From an uncultured Methanomassiliicoccales archaeon (GTDB lineage Archaea > Thermoplasmatota > Thermoplasmata > Methanomassiliicoccales > UBA472), in the NCBI GenBank assembly GCA_963695345.1, contig OY968769.1:1344001-1408000 (forward strand): a DNA stretch of 64,000 bases, written 5' to 3'. A program made the translations under genes and the position numbers. This document shows positions 33,002 to 42,807 of this stretch, piece after piece. Position 1 is the stretch's first letter. Each line of letters opens with the position of its first letter. The notes under the pieces are model-generated. The model was not told where the DNA came from. It saw only the letters and a program-made list of their open reading frames with translations, and searched no databases.

Positions 33002-35110
33002 CTACCGTACCACGCTGAAGGAATAGTCCGACGGACCATGGTCAGGCGAGATGATGATGTACATCTCGTTGTAGTTCCTGTACTGGATCAGGGTTGCCAG
33101 TCCAATGTCCTTGGCATCGTACATCGGAACGTCCACGATCTTCATCGGGGACCACTTGGTCGCCGGGAAATATAGGGTGACCTTCCAATTGACCGAGGTA
33201 TCCTTGGGGTAGCTGGCATGCATTGAATTCGTTAGCGCCGTGCTACCGATCATAATGTTGCCGACATACCATCCTTCGAGGGTCTCCGCCCAGTCCGTCA
33301 TGTACCTGAACTTGAACTGTACGCTCTGTCCCGCATAGGAGGACAGGTCTATCGAGACATGGATGAAATCTGTCTGCTCTCCGGTGATCCCAGGCAGGTT
33401 GGCGACGATCTCAGGCATGGCCGATCCGTCGGCATCGGTCGTCGTTGACCCGAAGCTCAGCGAGGTCCAGGTCTTGCCCGCGTCCTTCGAGATCTGCACG
33501 AACCCGAAGTCAAAGGCCTCCTCGATGCTCCATTTCGTGTCGAACTGAAGGGCGGTCGCTGAAGTTCCCAACTTGATCGTGTCGGTCGTCAGCCAGACAT
33601 CGCGCAGATCGCTCGCCCCCGAATACCAATAGGTGTTGGCCCCGATCTTCGTCTGCTTCCATATATCGGCCGGGATGATGGATTGGCCCGTGAACAGTGC
33701 CAGGCCGATGGTCCGTTGGTTCGACGCCCAGTTGGCCTTGGTGATGTGCAGGTAATCTGTCCCATAGGTGCCTATCAGATTCGGGCCGTCGATCGCGTTT
33801 CCTTCCAGGGTCATCGTCTGGGCGGCCTTCGATCGTTTATACTGCTTCCCCGGGACATAATTCCTGATCTCCGTTTCTCCGATCTTCCAGAGGTTTATGG
33901 ACGTATAATTGTACATTCCGTTGCCGTTATGTATCAGGTTGGCCAGGCGCCAGTATCCGAATACGCTGCCAAAGGTCACCTTCTTGTAGCCGTTCTGCTG
34001 GAGCACGGCGGTCACCGACTGCTCCCCGTGCAAAGTGCTCTGCATCAGTTTGGATACGATGGTAGCTCCTCCGTAATGGTCGTTCAGATAGATCATGAAC
34101 GCCGCCGCCGCTCCGTAATCGGCCAGGACGTTGATGCCGCCCTGGTCCTCCCACTCGGTCAATGAGTTGTCCGGGCTCGCCAGGAAGTGCGCTATGTGCG
34201 AGTCGGGGGTTCCGTAGCCCGTCAGCATCTCCGCGTAGTCGGAGAGGCCCTCGTTGATCCAGGTGGTCTCCCCTGGGTCGACATAGTTGTGCAGCAGGTG
34301 CTGGTACTCATGGGCGATGGTCGCCTCCATGAGGTAGGAATGGTCGCCGTGATCCGGGCCGGTTCGGCCTATCCAGTCGAAACAGTCTATGTGGATGATG
34401 TTCCGGTCATAGTAATATTGCATGGAAGGGGAGAAGTATCCCACGACGTAGTATGGATAGGTGGGATCGAGAAAGCTCTCATCTGCGATGTTGAAGACCA
34501 TTATCGCGACCTTACCAGCATCAGTCGTTTTCAGAAGCATGTCGGAAGGGAAATCCTCTCCGTACCATGCGCTCCATTCTTCGTTCGTACCGTCCACCTG
34601 CGGTGCATCGGAGAAGTATCTCTTCTCTATCGGATAGATGACATTGTCGAACTGGTCCGCCATATACTTGGCCTGGGCGTCGGTTATGGACAGCAGGTCC
34701 ATGTCCGCGTTCCTCGGATCCCCCGCCATGAATGTCATGTCGTTCTGGGTCCAGACCTCGCAATGCGCCCCATCGACGCGTTTCGTGAACCACATCCATC
34801 CGGACTCTGTTTCGTAGGCGGCCTTTCCATATTCTCCCGTATAATAGAAAGCCTGGTCTCCCACGACATAGGAGGCGGTGGTGCTGTAAGCGGCGGTGGC
34901 GACGGCATCGGCGCCCGCGTCCTCCCCGGCGGAACTCAGGTGAGACCCTGAAGCCCGGATCTGCGGTCCTATGTCCAATGGCTCCGGATCGGCAATGGTC
35001 GGTCCGGCAGCCGTCGCATCCCTGCTCACCGGTACCAAGGCGACGAAGGCGGTTGTGACCATCGCCAGCCCTACCAATAAACAGAACAATCTAGTCGTTC
35101 TAAAACCCAT
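33002..35110 (-). CDS. Secreted zinc metalloprotease (M30/immune inhibitor A-like)
   Basis: Signal peptide, AHEYQHLLH...WINEGLS gluzincin motif, C-terminal DFGFVQIS...FRYMTD...GWYV beta domain. Confidence 0.82.
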   Translation of the reverse strand: MGFRTTRLFCLLVGLAMVTTAFVALVPVSRDATAAGPTIADPEPLDIGPQIRASGSHLSSAGEDAGADAVATAAYSTTASYVVGDQAFYYTGEYGKAAYETESGWMWFTKRVDGAHCEVWTQNDMTFMAGDPRNADMDLLSITDAQAKYMADQFDNVIYPIEKRYFSDAPQVDGTNEEWSAWYGEDFPSDMLLKTTDAGKVAIMVFNIADESFLDPTYPYYVVGYFSPSMQYYYDRNIIHIDCFDWIGRTGPDHGDHSYLMEATIAHEYQHLLHNYVDPGETTWINEGLSDYAEMLTGYGTPDSHIAHFLASPDNSLTEWEDQGGINVLADYGAAAAFMIYLNDHYGGATIVSKLMQSTLHGEQSVTAVLQQNGYKKVTFGSVFGYWRLANLIHNGNGMYNYTSINLWKIGETEIRNYVPGKQYKRSKAAQTMTLEGNAIDGPNLIGTYGTDYLHITKANWASNQRTIGLALFTGQSIIPADIWKQTKIGANTYWYSGASDLRDVWLTTDTIKLGTSATALQFDTKWSIEEAFDFGFVQISKDAGKTWTSLSFGSTTTDADGSAMPEIVANLPGITGEQTDFIHVSIDLSSYAGQSVQFKFRYMTDWAETLEGWYVGNIMIGSTALTNSMHASYPKDTSVNWKVTLYFPATKWSPMKIVDVPMYDAKDIGLATLIQYRNYNEMYIIISPDHGPSDYSFSVVR

Positions 35111-35201
35111 GTTGTAGTCCCCCCGATCCTCAGCCGAAAGCGGTTCCTCTTTCCGCCCCTCGGACAAGTTGAAATCACATCGCGAACTGAGATATTTATA
35201 A

Positions 35202-35296
35202 TTTTGATAATCATGGAAATGACACCATCCCTGACAATCTGGACCGATTCGTTTTCAGAGGCCCTGTTCCCGCTATTTTCATTTTTGATAATCATG
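35202..35296. repeat. 14-bp direct repeat TTTTGATAATCATG (35202-35215, 35283-35296) in a divergent promoter region
   Basis: Exact repeat seen between the protease gene and the VIT1 gene. Confidence 0.6.
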
Positions 35297-35351
35297 AAGG
35301 GCAACATATTTCATAGGGCAATGTATGTTAGCAAGCACCTGACGGTTAAAC

Positions 35352-35936
35352 ATGGCCATCAAAAAGGGGATGCTAAAGAAGGCGCTGAACATGCCGGAGA
35401 CGCGGCCCGCGCTCCGCCGGTATTTCGTCAATACGATATTCGATACGACCTTCGTCATCCTCGGAGTTATCATCGGGTCCGCGCTTTCGCCCCACCCAAA
35501 CATCGATGTGGTCAAGACCACCATCATCACCAGCGCAGTCGCTTTGGCCATCTCTACCGGTTCCAGTGTTTATGAGGCCGAGAGCCTGGAACAGAGCAGA
35601 CGTTTGGATGAGATCAGCCGCGCCATGCTATCTCCCGTTGATGAGACCGATCTTGGCAGGACCTCCCGAGCTAGCACGGCTCTCATTGCGCTGATCAATT
35701 CCCTCGCGCCGCTGCTTGCCGGGGCGGTGACCTTGGCGCCATTCCTGGTCCTCTCAGGATCGGACATCGTTTATGCCGCCGAAGTGTCGATAACCCTGGC
35801 CATCTCAATCTTGTTCGTCACTGGCTACTTCATGGGACGCATGGCGAACAAGAACCCATTGGTCAAGGGTGCCCGAATGGCCGTCATCGGGCTGATAGCA
35901 TTTGGGGTCTGCTACCTGATAGGCGCTACCGTTTAA
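35352..35936 (+). CDS. VIT1/CCC1-family Fe/Mn transporter
   Basis: RYFVNTIFD, S.YEAE..E and five TM helices. Confidence 0.85.
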   Translation: MAIKKGMLKKALNMPETRPALRRYFVNTIFDTTFVILGVIIGSALSPHPNIDVVKTTIITSAVALAISTGSSVYEAESLEQSRRLDEISRAMLSPVDETDLGRTSRASTALIALINSLAPLLAGAVTLAPFLVLSGSDIVYAAEVSITLAISILFVTGYFMGRMANKNPLVKGARMAVIGLIAFGVCYLIGATV

Positions 35937-35951
35937 GAAAGGAAAAAGCGT

Positions 35952-36998
35952 TTAGCAGATCCGCGGTACCGGGTCGCCCACCGGCGGTTCCAGTATCCTC
36001 TTTCCGCCGACCTCGGTCCTCAGAACGACATGGCGGGTGCTTTTCGTGGCCTTGCCAATGATGGCCGCGTTCTTTCCCTCGGGAAGGCTCCTCATCCTGG
36101 CCAGGATCTCGTCGGCCATTTCCGGGACGCAGCCGACCACGACCTTGCCTTCGTTCCCTATCGTCAACGGGTCCAGTCCCAGCATCTCGCTGGCATTCCG
36201 CACCGGTTCGGATAACGGGATGGAGTTCTCGTCAAGCTCGATCCCTATCTTCGATTTGGATGACCACTCATTGACCGTGTTGGCCAGCCCTCCCCGGGTG
36301 GGGTCCTTCATGCACACCGCTCCCCCGATCTTCAGGATCTCCCCGATGAAATCGTTCAATGGGGCGCAATCGCTCTGCAGCTTGGATTCGAAACCATACC
36401 CTTCACGGAAGGAGAGGAGCGCAATGCCATGGTCTCCCATGAAGCCTGAGGCTATCACCACATCGCCTTCCCGCAGGTTGTTGTCGGTCAGCCAGCAGGA
36501 GTCCACCTTGCGGTACTTGGACGCTATCGAGAGATTGTGGTCCATGTGCGGCGACCTCTTGCCGATGGCGGAGGTGACGATCACCATCTTGTCGATCGCA
36601 CCTTTCTCCATGACCTTGGTGTCCCCGGTGACCACCGGTACATTGGCCAACTTCGAGTAGTGGCCAATGCTCTTCGTTACCTTCTCCAGGGTCTCCAGCT
36701 CCAATCCCTCCTCGAGGATCATGGCGGAGGAAAGGGCGAGCGGCCGGCCGCCCATGACCGAGATATCGTTCACCGTGCCGCAGACTGAGAGCGCACCGAT
36801 ATCCCCTCCCGGGAAGAACAAAGGCTTGACGGTGTGGCCATCGGTCGTGAACACAATATCGTCCACGACAGCTGAATCATCATAGGATTCCAGAGGAACT
36901 TCCGCGTTGCATTTGGGCAGGAAGGGCGCAATATGCTCTCCGATAAGCTCTTGCATCATCTCGCCACCCGCACCGTGGCCCATCGTGACCCGCTTCAT
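35952..36998 (-). CDS. hypE: Hydrogenase maturation protein HypE
   Basis: HGAGG, FFPGGDIG, GTVND, GDTKV, DPTRGG and C-terminal PRIC. Confidence 0.97.
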   Translation of the reverse strand: MKRVTMGHGAGGEMMQELIGEHIAPFLPKCNAEVPLESYDDSAVVDDIVFTTDGHTVKPLFFPGGDIGALSVCGTVNDISVMGGRPLALSSAMILEEGLELETLEKVTKSIGHYSKLANVPVVTGDTKVMEKGAIDKMVIVTSAIGKRSPHMDHNLSIASKYRKVDSCWLTDNNLREGDVVIASGFMGDHGIALLSFREGYGFESKLQSDCAPLNDFIGEILKIGGAVCMKDPTRGGLANTVNEWSSKSKIGIELDENSIPLSEPVRNASEMLGLDPLTIGNEGKVVVGCVPEMADEILARMRSLPEGKNAAIIGKATKSTRHVVLRTEVGGKRILEPPVGDPVPRIC

Positions 36999-37138
36999 GA
37001 CTGCGCATCAGGGCAGGACAGTTTAAAGGTTTGTCAGAGACCTTCCTTCAATCCTGGATTAGCTATCGTTATACCAGGAGTCGTTGGAAGATATGTCGCC
37101 GAATATATCAGCCCGATACTACTTTCATCCTTTCGATG

Positions 37139-37552
37139 TCACTTCCCTTCGGGCCGAAGGCGACCCCTAGTGCCAGCTTTCCAATGTGATGCTTCTGAAC
37201 ATCCTTCATCGCCTGGGCCCATCCCCTCCATGGCATACATCCTGTTGATCTCCACCTTGAAGTTGCCGGTCTCAATTAGCTCATTGAGATGGTCGAAGAT
37301 CTCTTGACTGGGACGGCCATCGAACGCGATCAACTTGACGCCGTCCCTTCCTTTAGGCAATGGCTCGACCCCATTCGGATAGGCGATCTTACCGCCGTTC
37401 TTGACCTGCTCCAAAACGTTGTTCAATTCGCTTCCAATTCCCGCCATCTCTCCCTGCACGAGAACTTCCCATTCCCCCACATCAGGAACGGATAGTGTCG
37501 CCGTATGCAGTTCCTATGGTCCTCCATACTTATCGATGACCACCGCTTTCAT
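37139..37552 (-). pseudogene. Decayed NADPH:quinone reductase/Zn-binding dehydrogenase family gene
   Basis: MKAVVIDKYGGP*ELHT...EVLVQ with an in-frame TAG at 37514-37516, a large internal deletion, and a C-terminal HHIGKLAL after a +1 shift. Confidence 0.75.
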
Positions 37553-37745
37553 CGTCCTAGGGATTCGGCTCATTACGATTCACTTCGAAGCCCATTCTCG
37601 TCTCGCTTCAACTTATTCGTTTCCCGTCGCTAACTCCTTCATGAAGCAGGTAGTCCGTTCCGACGCAAATCTGAAGGGGGATGGAACTCTTATGACGAGA
37701 TGAGAGATTATTTAACCGAAGTAGTGATAACGAGGGTTGTCCAAA

Positions 37746-37820
37746 GGGCCTGTAGGGTAGCCTGGATTATCCTTTTGGCCTTCGAAGCCAAAGACTGGGG
37801 TTCGAATCCCCACAGGTCCT
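37746..37820 (+). tRNA. tRNA-Arg (anticodon TCG)
   Basis: Acceptor GGGCCTG/CAGGTCC, anticodon arm TTGGC-CTTCGAA-GCCAA, T arm TGGGG-TTCGAAT-CCCCA. Confidence 0.93.
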
Positions 37821-38120
37821 ACAGCCACTCCAGTTTTAGTTGATATGGATTCTTCTGGAATCAGTCTCAAATTCAAAATCGGGAGACCTGTAAAAATTAA
37901 ATGGGACAAAATGACTGGTTGGAGAAGGATAAAGGCCGCTGGAGTTGATTCTCGTATACATCTCTGTGTTGGCGATAGAAAAGGATATCATTTTGACAAA
38001 ATGGCCTTCAGCCAAATATCAAACCGCTATTTCGAAATTATCGGGAAACCATTGAAAGAACTTACCACCGATGATATATTGGCGATGTATCAGAGAAGTA
38101 AAGGTAAACGGGGATGTTAA
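37821..38120 (+). pseudogene. 5'-truncated PH-like domain protein abutting the tRNA 3' end
   Basis: Frame open back to the tRNA (TATPVLVDMDSSGISLKFKIGRPVKIKW...ISNRYFEIIGKP); resembles the C-terminal half of 38666-39184. Confidence 0.5.
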
Positions 38121-38425
38121 TTACCTAAGTTCTTTCTTGCTCGGACAAATCACGATCGATGTTAAGGAATTCGGTTTTGTAATCATAATGATTGAATGTT
38201 GATGTTCATAGAAAAAGGAAGGTTTCTGGAGGTCCATATTCTTTCCAGGTCCTGATAAGTAAAGAATATTTTGTATTGCTATCGTCGTGATTAATTTCAA
38301 GCGAAATCGAACCGTTGTTATATCGCATTAGAAAAAAATTGAAAGGGTTCAGCTATCACCGATACGCAATATACCGCTATTAGCCCTGTTAAGCATGCAT
38401 ACTGGCTATGATCTTTGGCAGTTCA

Positions 38426-38439
38426 CCACAGGTCCGCCA
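38426..38439 (+). repeat. att-like copy of the tRNA-Arg(TCG) 3' end
   Basis: CCACAGGTCCGCCA versus tRNA CCACAGGTCC (37810-37819). Confidence 0.7.
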
Positions 38440-38665
38440 TTTCACCATCTGGCTTAATAACTAATGTGTAGGATAATATTGCGCATTTTCAATAAAAAAT
38501 TTCCCATTTATTTCCTACGAAATTCGCAATAGCCAGGTTATGAGAGATTCGTAATGTGAATCCCTTATTGTTCCCCTTGTTCACCAGTCTAAGATAAGGT
38601 TTCAGACTTGAATCAGGGCTTGGCTACTGCTGCATATTTTCATGCAATACTTCAGATAATCTGAG

Positions 38666-39184
38666 TCACGGTTCATATCTTATTCGAGGAGCCTCGCCGG
38701 TATTCTCCTGATATCTGTTGATCAGAGCAACAGCCGCTTCGTATGGAATAAAATAGCTCAACCAATCTTGAAATATCGTCTTGAACACGCCGTACTTAAT
38801 CCCTTTTGTTGCCTCGCCATTACCAAGTTTTACAAAATCAATGTCCCGATAGGGTATTACTATACATCTTCCGAATCTAGTTCTGACTTTGACATTATCT
38901 TGTTCCAATCTCAAGGAGTATGGATGAAATATCATCGTCGGGAGAAGGTGGCCTACAATAACAATAGGCGTCAATATGGCAAATGTCAAAAATAGTCTTT
39001 CATTTTGAAAGATAAGAAAATTCAAAGTGAAAACGACAGCGACCATTATGGAGAAGAACGTGACATAAAAAATATCATTCCATGTCAGCGGGTTCTTGAA
39101 CACTTGAACATTTCTTGAACTCACTAGAACTCCAACCGCGCCCAGACTATTCTCAGGTACTAGTTGTCCTTCCTCCCCAACCAT
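38666..39184 (-). CDS. Low-GC 2-TM membrane protein with a PH-like C-terminal domain
   Basis: 172-aa ORF with two hydrophobic helices, then HPYSLRLEQDNVKVRTRFGRCIVIPYRDI. Confidence 0.7.
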   Translation of the reverse strand: MVGEEGQLVPENSLGAVGVLVSSRNVQVFKNPLTWNDIFYVTFFSIMVAVVFTLNFLIFQNERLFLTFAILTPIVIVGHLLPTMIFHPYSLRLEQDNVKVRTRFGRCIVIPYRDIDFVKLGNGEATKGIKYGVFKTIFQDWLSYFIPYEAAVALINRYQENTGEAPRIRYEP

Positions 39185-39437
39185 GGGCCTGAATTCGTTT
39201 CATCGATAATGCACTTTGCTTAGAAAATATGCAGATCGTGCTATGATCAATCTCCTCTCTGAAGGAATTTCACAATCGACGTCAATTGAAAAAATCCAAT
39301 TGTCATAGACAAGGTAAAAGGATTTGCGATAATCGCTGTAAATGTCATCAATTCGCAAAGCAAACTAAAATTCCATTTATATAATAAAACGATGTCAATT
39401 GATTCGAGAAATTGGGTGTATGGCAATACCTATGTGT

Positions 39438-39457
39438 GAACACCCACAGGTCTGCCA
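39438..39457 (+). repeat. Second att-like copy of the tRNA-Arg(TCG) 3' end
   Basis: GAACACCCACAGGTCTGCCA versus tRNA GAATCCCCACAGGTCC. Confidence 0.65.
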
Positions 39458-39685
39458 TTAACCAAAGACAGATTATGTCATATTATGGAATATTGGTGCA
39501 TTTCCTGTCAATGCAGTCCCCTTCCGGACTCCGATCGGTATCATTCTGGACTTCAGACCGCTCAATTGATACCCCCGAGCATCTTTAGGATTTTACTGCC
39601 AGGCCTGCCTTAATGATTTGGTTAGACAGATTGGACATCGTCGAGATGGGGAATTCATCCCCTTCGCTGGAGTCATCTCTCCTGA

Positions 39686-40457
39686 CTAATCACCGATTAT
39701 CATTGCCCTAAGGATGCCAGGCCTCTCCGTGATCCTCTTTCCAGCACCAATTCCTATCTTCTGGATCGAAAATACATCGGGCAGTACATCCGATGTCTTG
39801 ATGGCAGCCACGATGGCCGCACCGGTGGGCGTGACATGTTCGCCTTCCACATCCAATATATGTAGCTTCAATCCGTGGTCTGCCGCTATGAAAGATACAG
39901 CCGGAACAGGGACGGGCAAAAGGCCGTGCTGGCAGAGCACGAATCCTTTTCCCTCATACAACTCCGGTACGATCACGTTCGTTATGCCTAGGTTATCGAT
40001 GCATACCGCAGCCGATACGATATCCACGATGGAGTCTAGAGCTCCGACCTCATGGAAATGCACCTGCTCTAATTCCACACCATGCGCTTTGGATTCCGCA
40101 TCAGCAAGAATGCGGAAAATCCGGATGGCGAGGTCTCTCGAATTGCCGGTGATGTCGGCATTATTTATGATCTCAACGATTTGAGAAAGGCTTCGATGTT
40201 CGTGGACATGCTTTTCTTTCTCATGGTATGAACTCAATCCATTTTTCTTCAGTGAATGGTCCAAGACAACATCGAAGTCACAGGAATCTAGTCCAGCTCT
40301 TAACACGCGACCGATCTTGATCTTGATAGCCGCGGACCGGTAGACTTGCCAGGCCTCTTTCCAGAACGCTCTGATCTGCTCCCAGGTCCAGGAGGGCGGC
40401 GACCGTCATATCTCCGCTTATGCCAGAATAGCATTCCAAATACAATGTCCGATCCAT
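39686..40457 (-). CDS. larC: Nickel-insertion protein LarC, N-terminal (LarC1) module; one extra base near 40326
   Basis: ECYSGISGDM, His-rich HEKEKHVHEHR, VHFHEVGALDSIVD, PVPVPA and TPTGAA. Confidence 0.85.
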
Positions 40458-40481
40458 TTCAACCCCAATCCGCATCCTGGT

Positions 40482-40660
40482 TTACACATTCTTGCCCATA
40501 TCGTAGGCTATTTGCATCAGGGAGGTGCCCTTGACATCATACTTCTGCCACAGACCCGACCCGTAAATGACTCCCATTTCCTTTTACCCTTCGAGACAGC
40601 AATCGGTGAAGCCTCGGAATCCCTCGAACGTCCTCTACAACGAAGCCCAATCGGCTGTAC
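40482..40660 (-). pseudogene. C-terminal remnant of a flavodoxin-like (iron-sulfur flavoprotein/FMN reductase) gene
   Basis: Manual translation TADWASL*RTFEGFRGFTDCCLEG*KEMGVIYGSGLWQKYDVKGTSLMQIAYDMGKNV*, with two in-frame stops. Confidence 0.65.
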
Positions 40661-40850
40661 TGAAGGATGATCTGAACACTGGCCAGGTACAGGCAAAGCC
40701 GGACCTCACTCAGTGCATACTCACGTGACAAGTGCGTGAGCGGGAAGCGGATGAGATCGTCACACGAGCGAATATTTGCAGGTTCCAGCAAAATTTCAGG
40801 TTCGCCTTATTACTTACCAGAAGCGCGGACACCTTCAGATTTGCCGTGCC

Positions 40851-42711
40851 TCAGCGCTTCCCCTTCGATTTGCGCCAAACAACGATCAATCCCACCACTG
40901 CCCCGATCATCAGCAGCAACAGTATCAGGCTTAACATTGGATCCATGCCCCCGCCGGAATTCACCGTGAACGCCAGCGTCTGTACCGCGACGTTCCCGGC
41001 CTGGTCCGTGGTTCTGACCAGGAGGGTGTGCTGACCTCCGTTCAGACCGGTCATGATGATCTTACCTCCCAGGCAGGAAGTGTACTCGTTGCCGTCCACG
41101 CTGTACATCATAGAGGCTATCCCGCTGCCGTTGTCCGCCGAGCTGACCGTCACCGTCAGATGCGAGGAGTCCACCGCCATTCCGTCGATGAGGGAGATGT
41201 TCGCCGCCGGCAGGACCGAGTCCAGCTTGAACTGGAAGGTTCTCGCTCCCTCCGCATTCCCGGCCTGGTCGACGGAATAGTAGTCGAGCCGGTGGGTGCC
41301 ATCAGCGGATATCGCAAGGGTCGAAGGCGAGATCGTCCAATCTCCGCCGTCCAGACTGTAGTATGTCCCGAGGACGCCACTGATATCGTCCCTCGGATCC
41401 CAGGTGGCGATCACGGTTCCATTGTACCATCCTCCGCTCCCGACGCTTCCCGTTGTGGACAGCCCGGTGGTAGGGGCATTCAGATCGATGGAGAAGTTGA
41501 CGGTCCGCCATTGCTCCGCATTCCCGGCCCGGTCGGTGCTCCAGTATGACGAGGCTGTGGTTGCCTTCAGCGGCAACCAGTATTTTGTTCGTATAGGAGG
41601 TCCACGCGCCTGCGTCCAGCGAGTACCTGGTAATGTTGGTCCCGCTCACGATGTCCATCGATGTCAAGGCGATGCTGACCGAGCTGTTGAAATCCAGGTG
41701 TTCCACGCCCCCGGTTCCATTCAGTGTGACCAAGGTGAAAGGTGCAACCATGTCGACCTTGATCGTCTGGTTCCTTTCGGTCTCGTTGTTCCCCGCCTTG
41801 TCGATCGCCAAGTACCTAAGGGTATGGTTGCCCTGAACGGATATGCTGAAGTTCCCGAGATAGTCCGTCCACTGTCCCCCGTCAAGACATATGACAATCC
41901 TTTCTGTGCCGCTGACAGCATCCGCGGCCGTTAGGTTGACGGTTACGTTGCCCACAAACCATCCAGCCGTCCCCCTCGCTCCAAGAAGTGATGCGCTGGT
42001 CACCGGTGCGATCGTATCGATGGTGAATTGAACGGTCCTTTCAACTTCCCAGTTGCCCGCCAGATCGGTACTGTTGAACCTCAAATAATGCAAGCCCTGC
42101 GTCGAAACGATGAAGGGACCTGAGTACCAGTCGAAGGGACCTCCGTCCACCGAATAACGTACTTCAGTAACTCCCTCCATCACATCCTGGGATTCCAGGA
42201 TCACCCCGACGGAGCTGGCGAAAATACTGGTACCCTCGATATATTTGCCGGCCAGGACGTAGCTGGTGACCGGGACCGTCTTGTCGATGTTGATGTTAAC
42301 GCTCTGCTCCAGCTCCCTGTTCCCGGCCCAGTCGGTGGCGGAGAACCAAAGGATATTAGATCCTTCGGATGAGATCGAGAAATTGCCCGTATAGATCTGC
42401 CACATCCCCAATCCCAGACCATACTCGATCGTCTTGACGCCGCTCATCTGGTCTACCGCAGTGAGGTTCACGGTCACATCGCTCGAGAACCAGCCAATAC
42501 CGTAGGCACCGCTCAATGTGGGCGTCGTCACGGGCGCCTCCTCATCGGCGACCGCGACACTGGTGAGGATAGGCTCCATATTGGACCGGATGTCGGCGCC
42601 GTCCGGATTCGCCAGGAACGGTGCTCCCATGGCCGGTGTCAGGTTGAGGCCACTCAAAACGGTAACTATTATCAATGCACACACAAGAAACGCGGCGGAC
42701 CGATGTTTCAT
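40851..42711 (-). CDS. Surface protein with tandem Ig-like repeats and a C-terminal TM anchor; one extra base near 41550
   Basis: Signal peptide, about six repeats of D..APVT...D..SGV..Y..DG...G.H...Y.S.D.AGN.E, then TM and basic tail. Confidence 0.83.
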
Positions 42712-42807
42712 CTGATCGGAGTTCCAACATCATTGTCGATGATAATGGTATTGTGAATCCTTCGTGAAGTGATTTTTTTAAATAATGAGAAATCCAAGAT
42801 ACATGCC

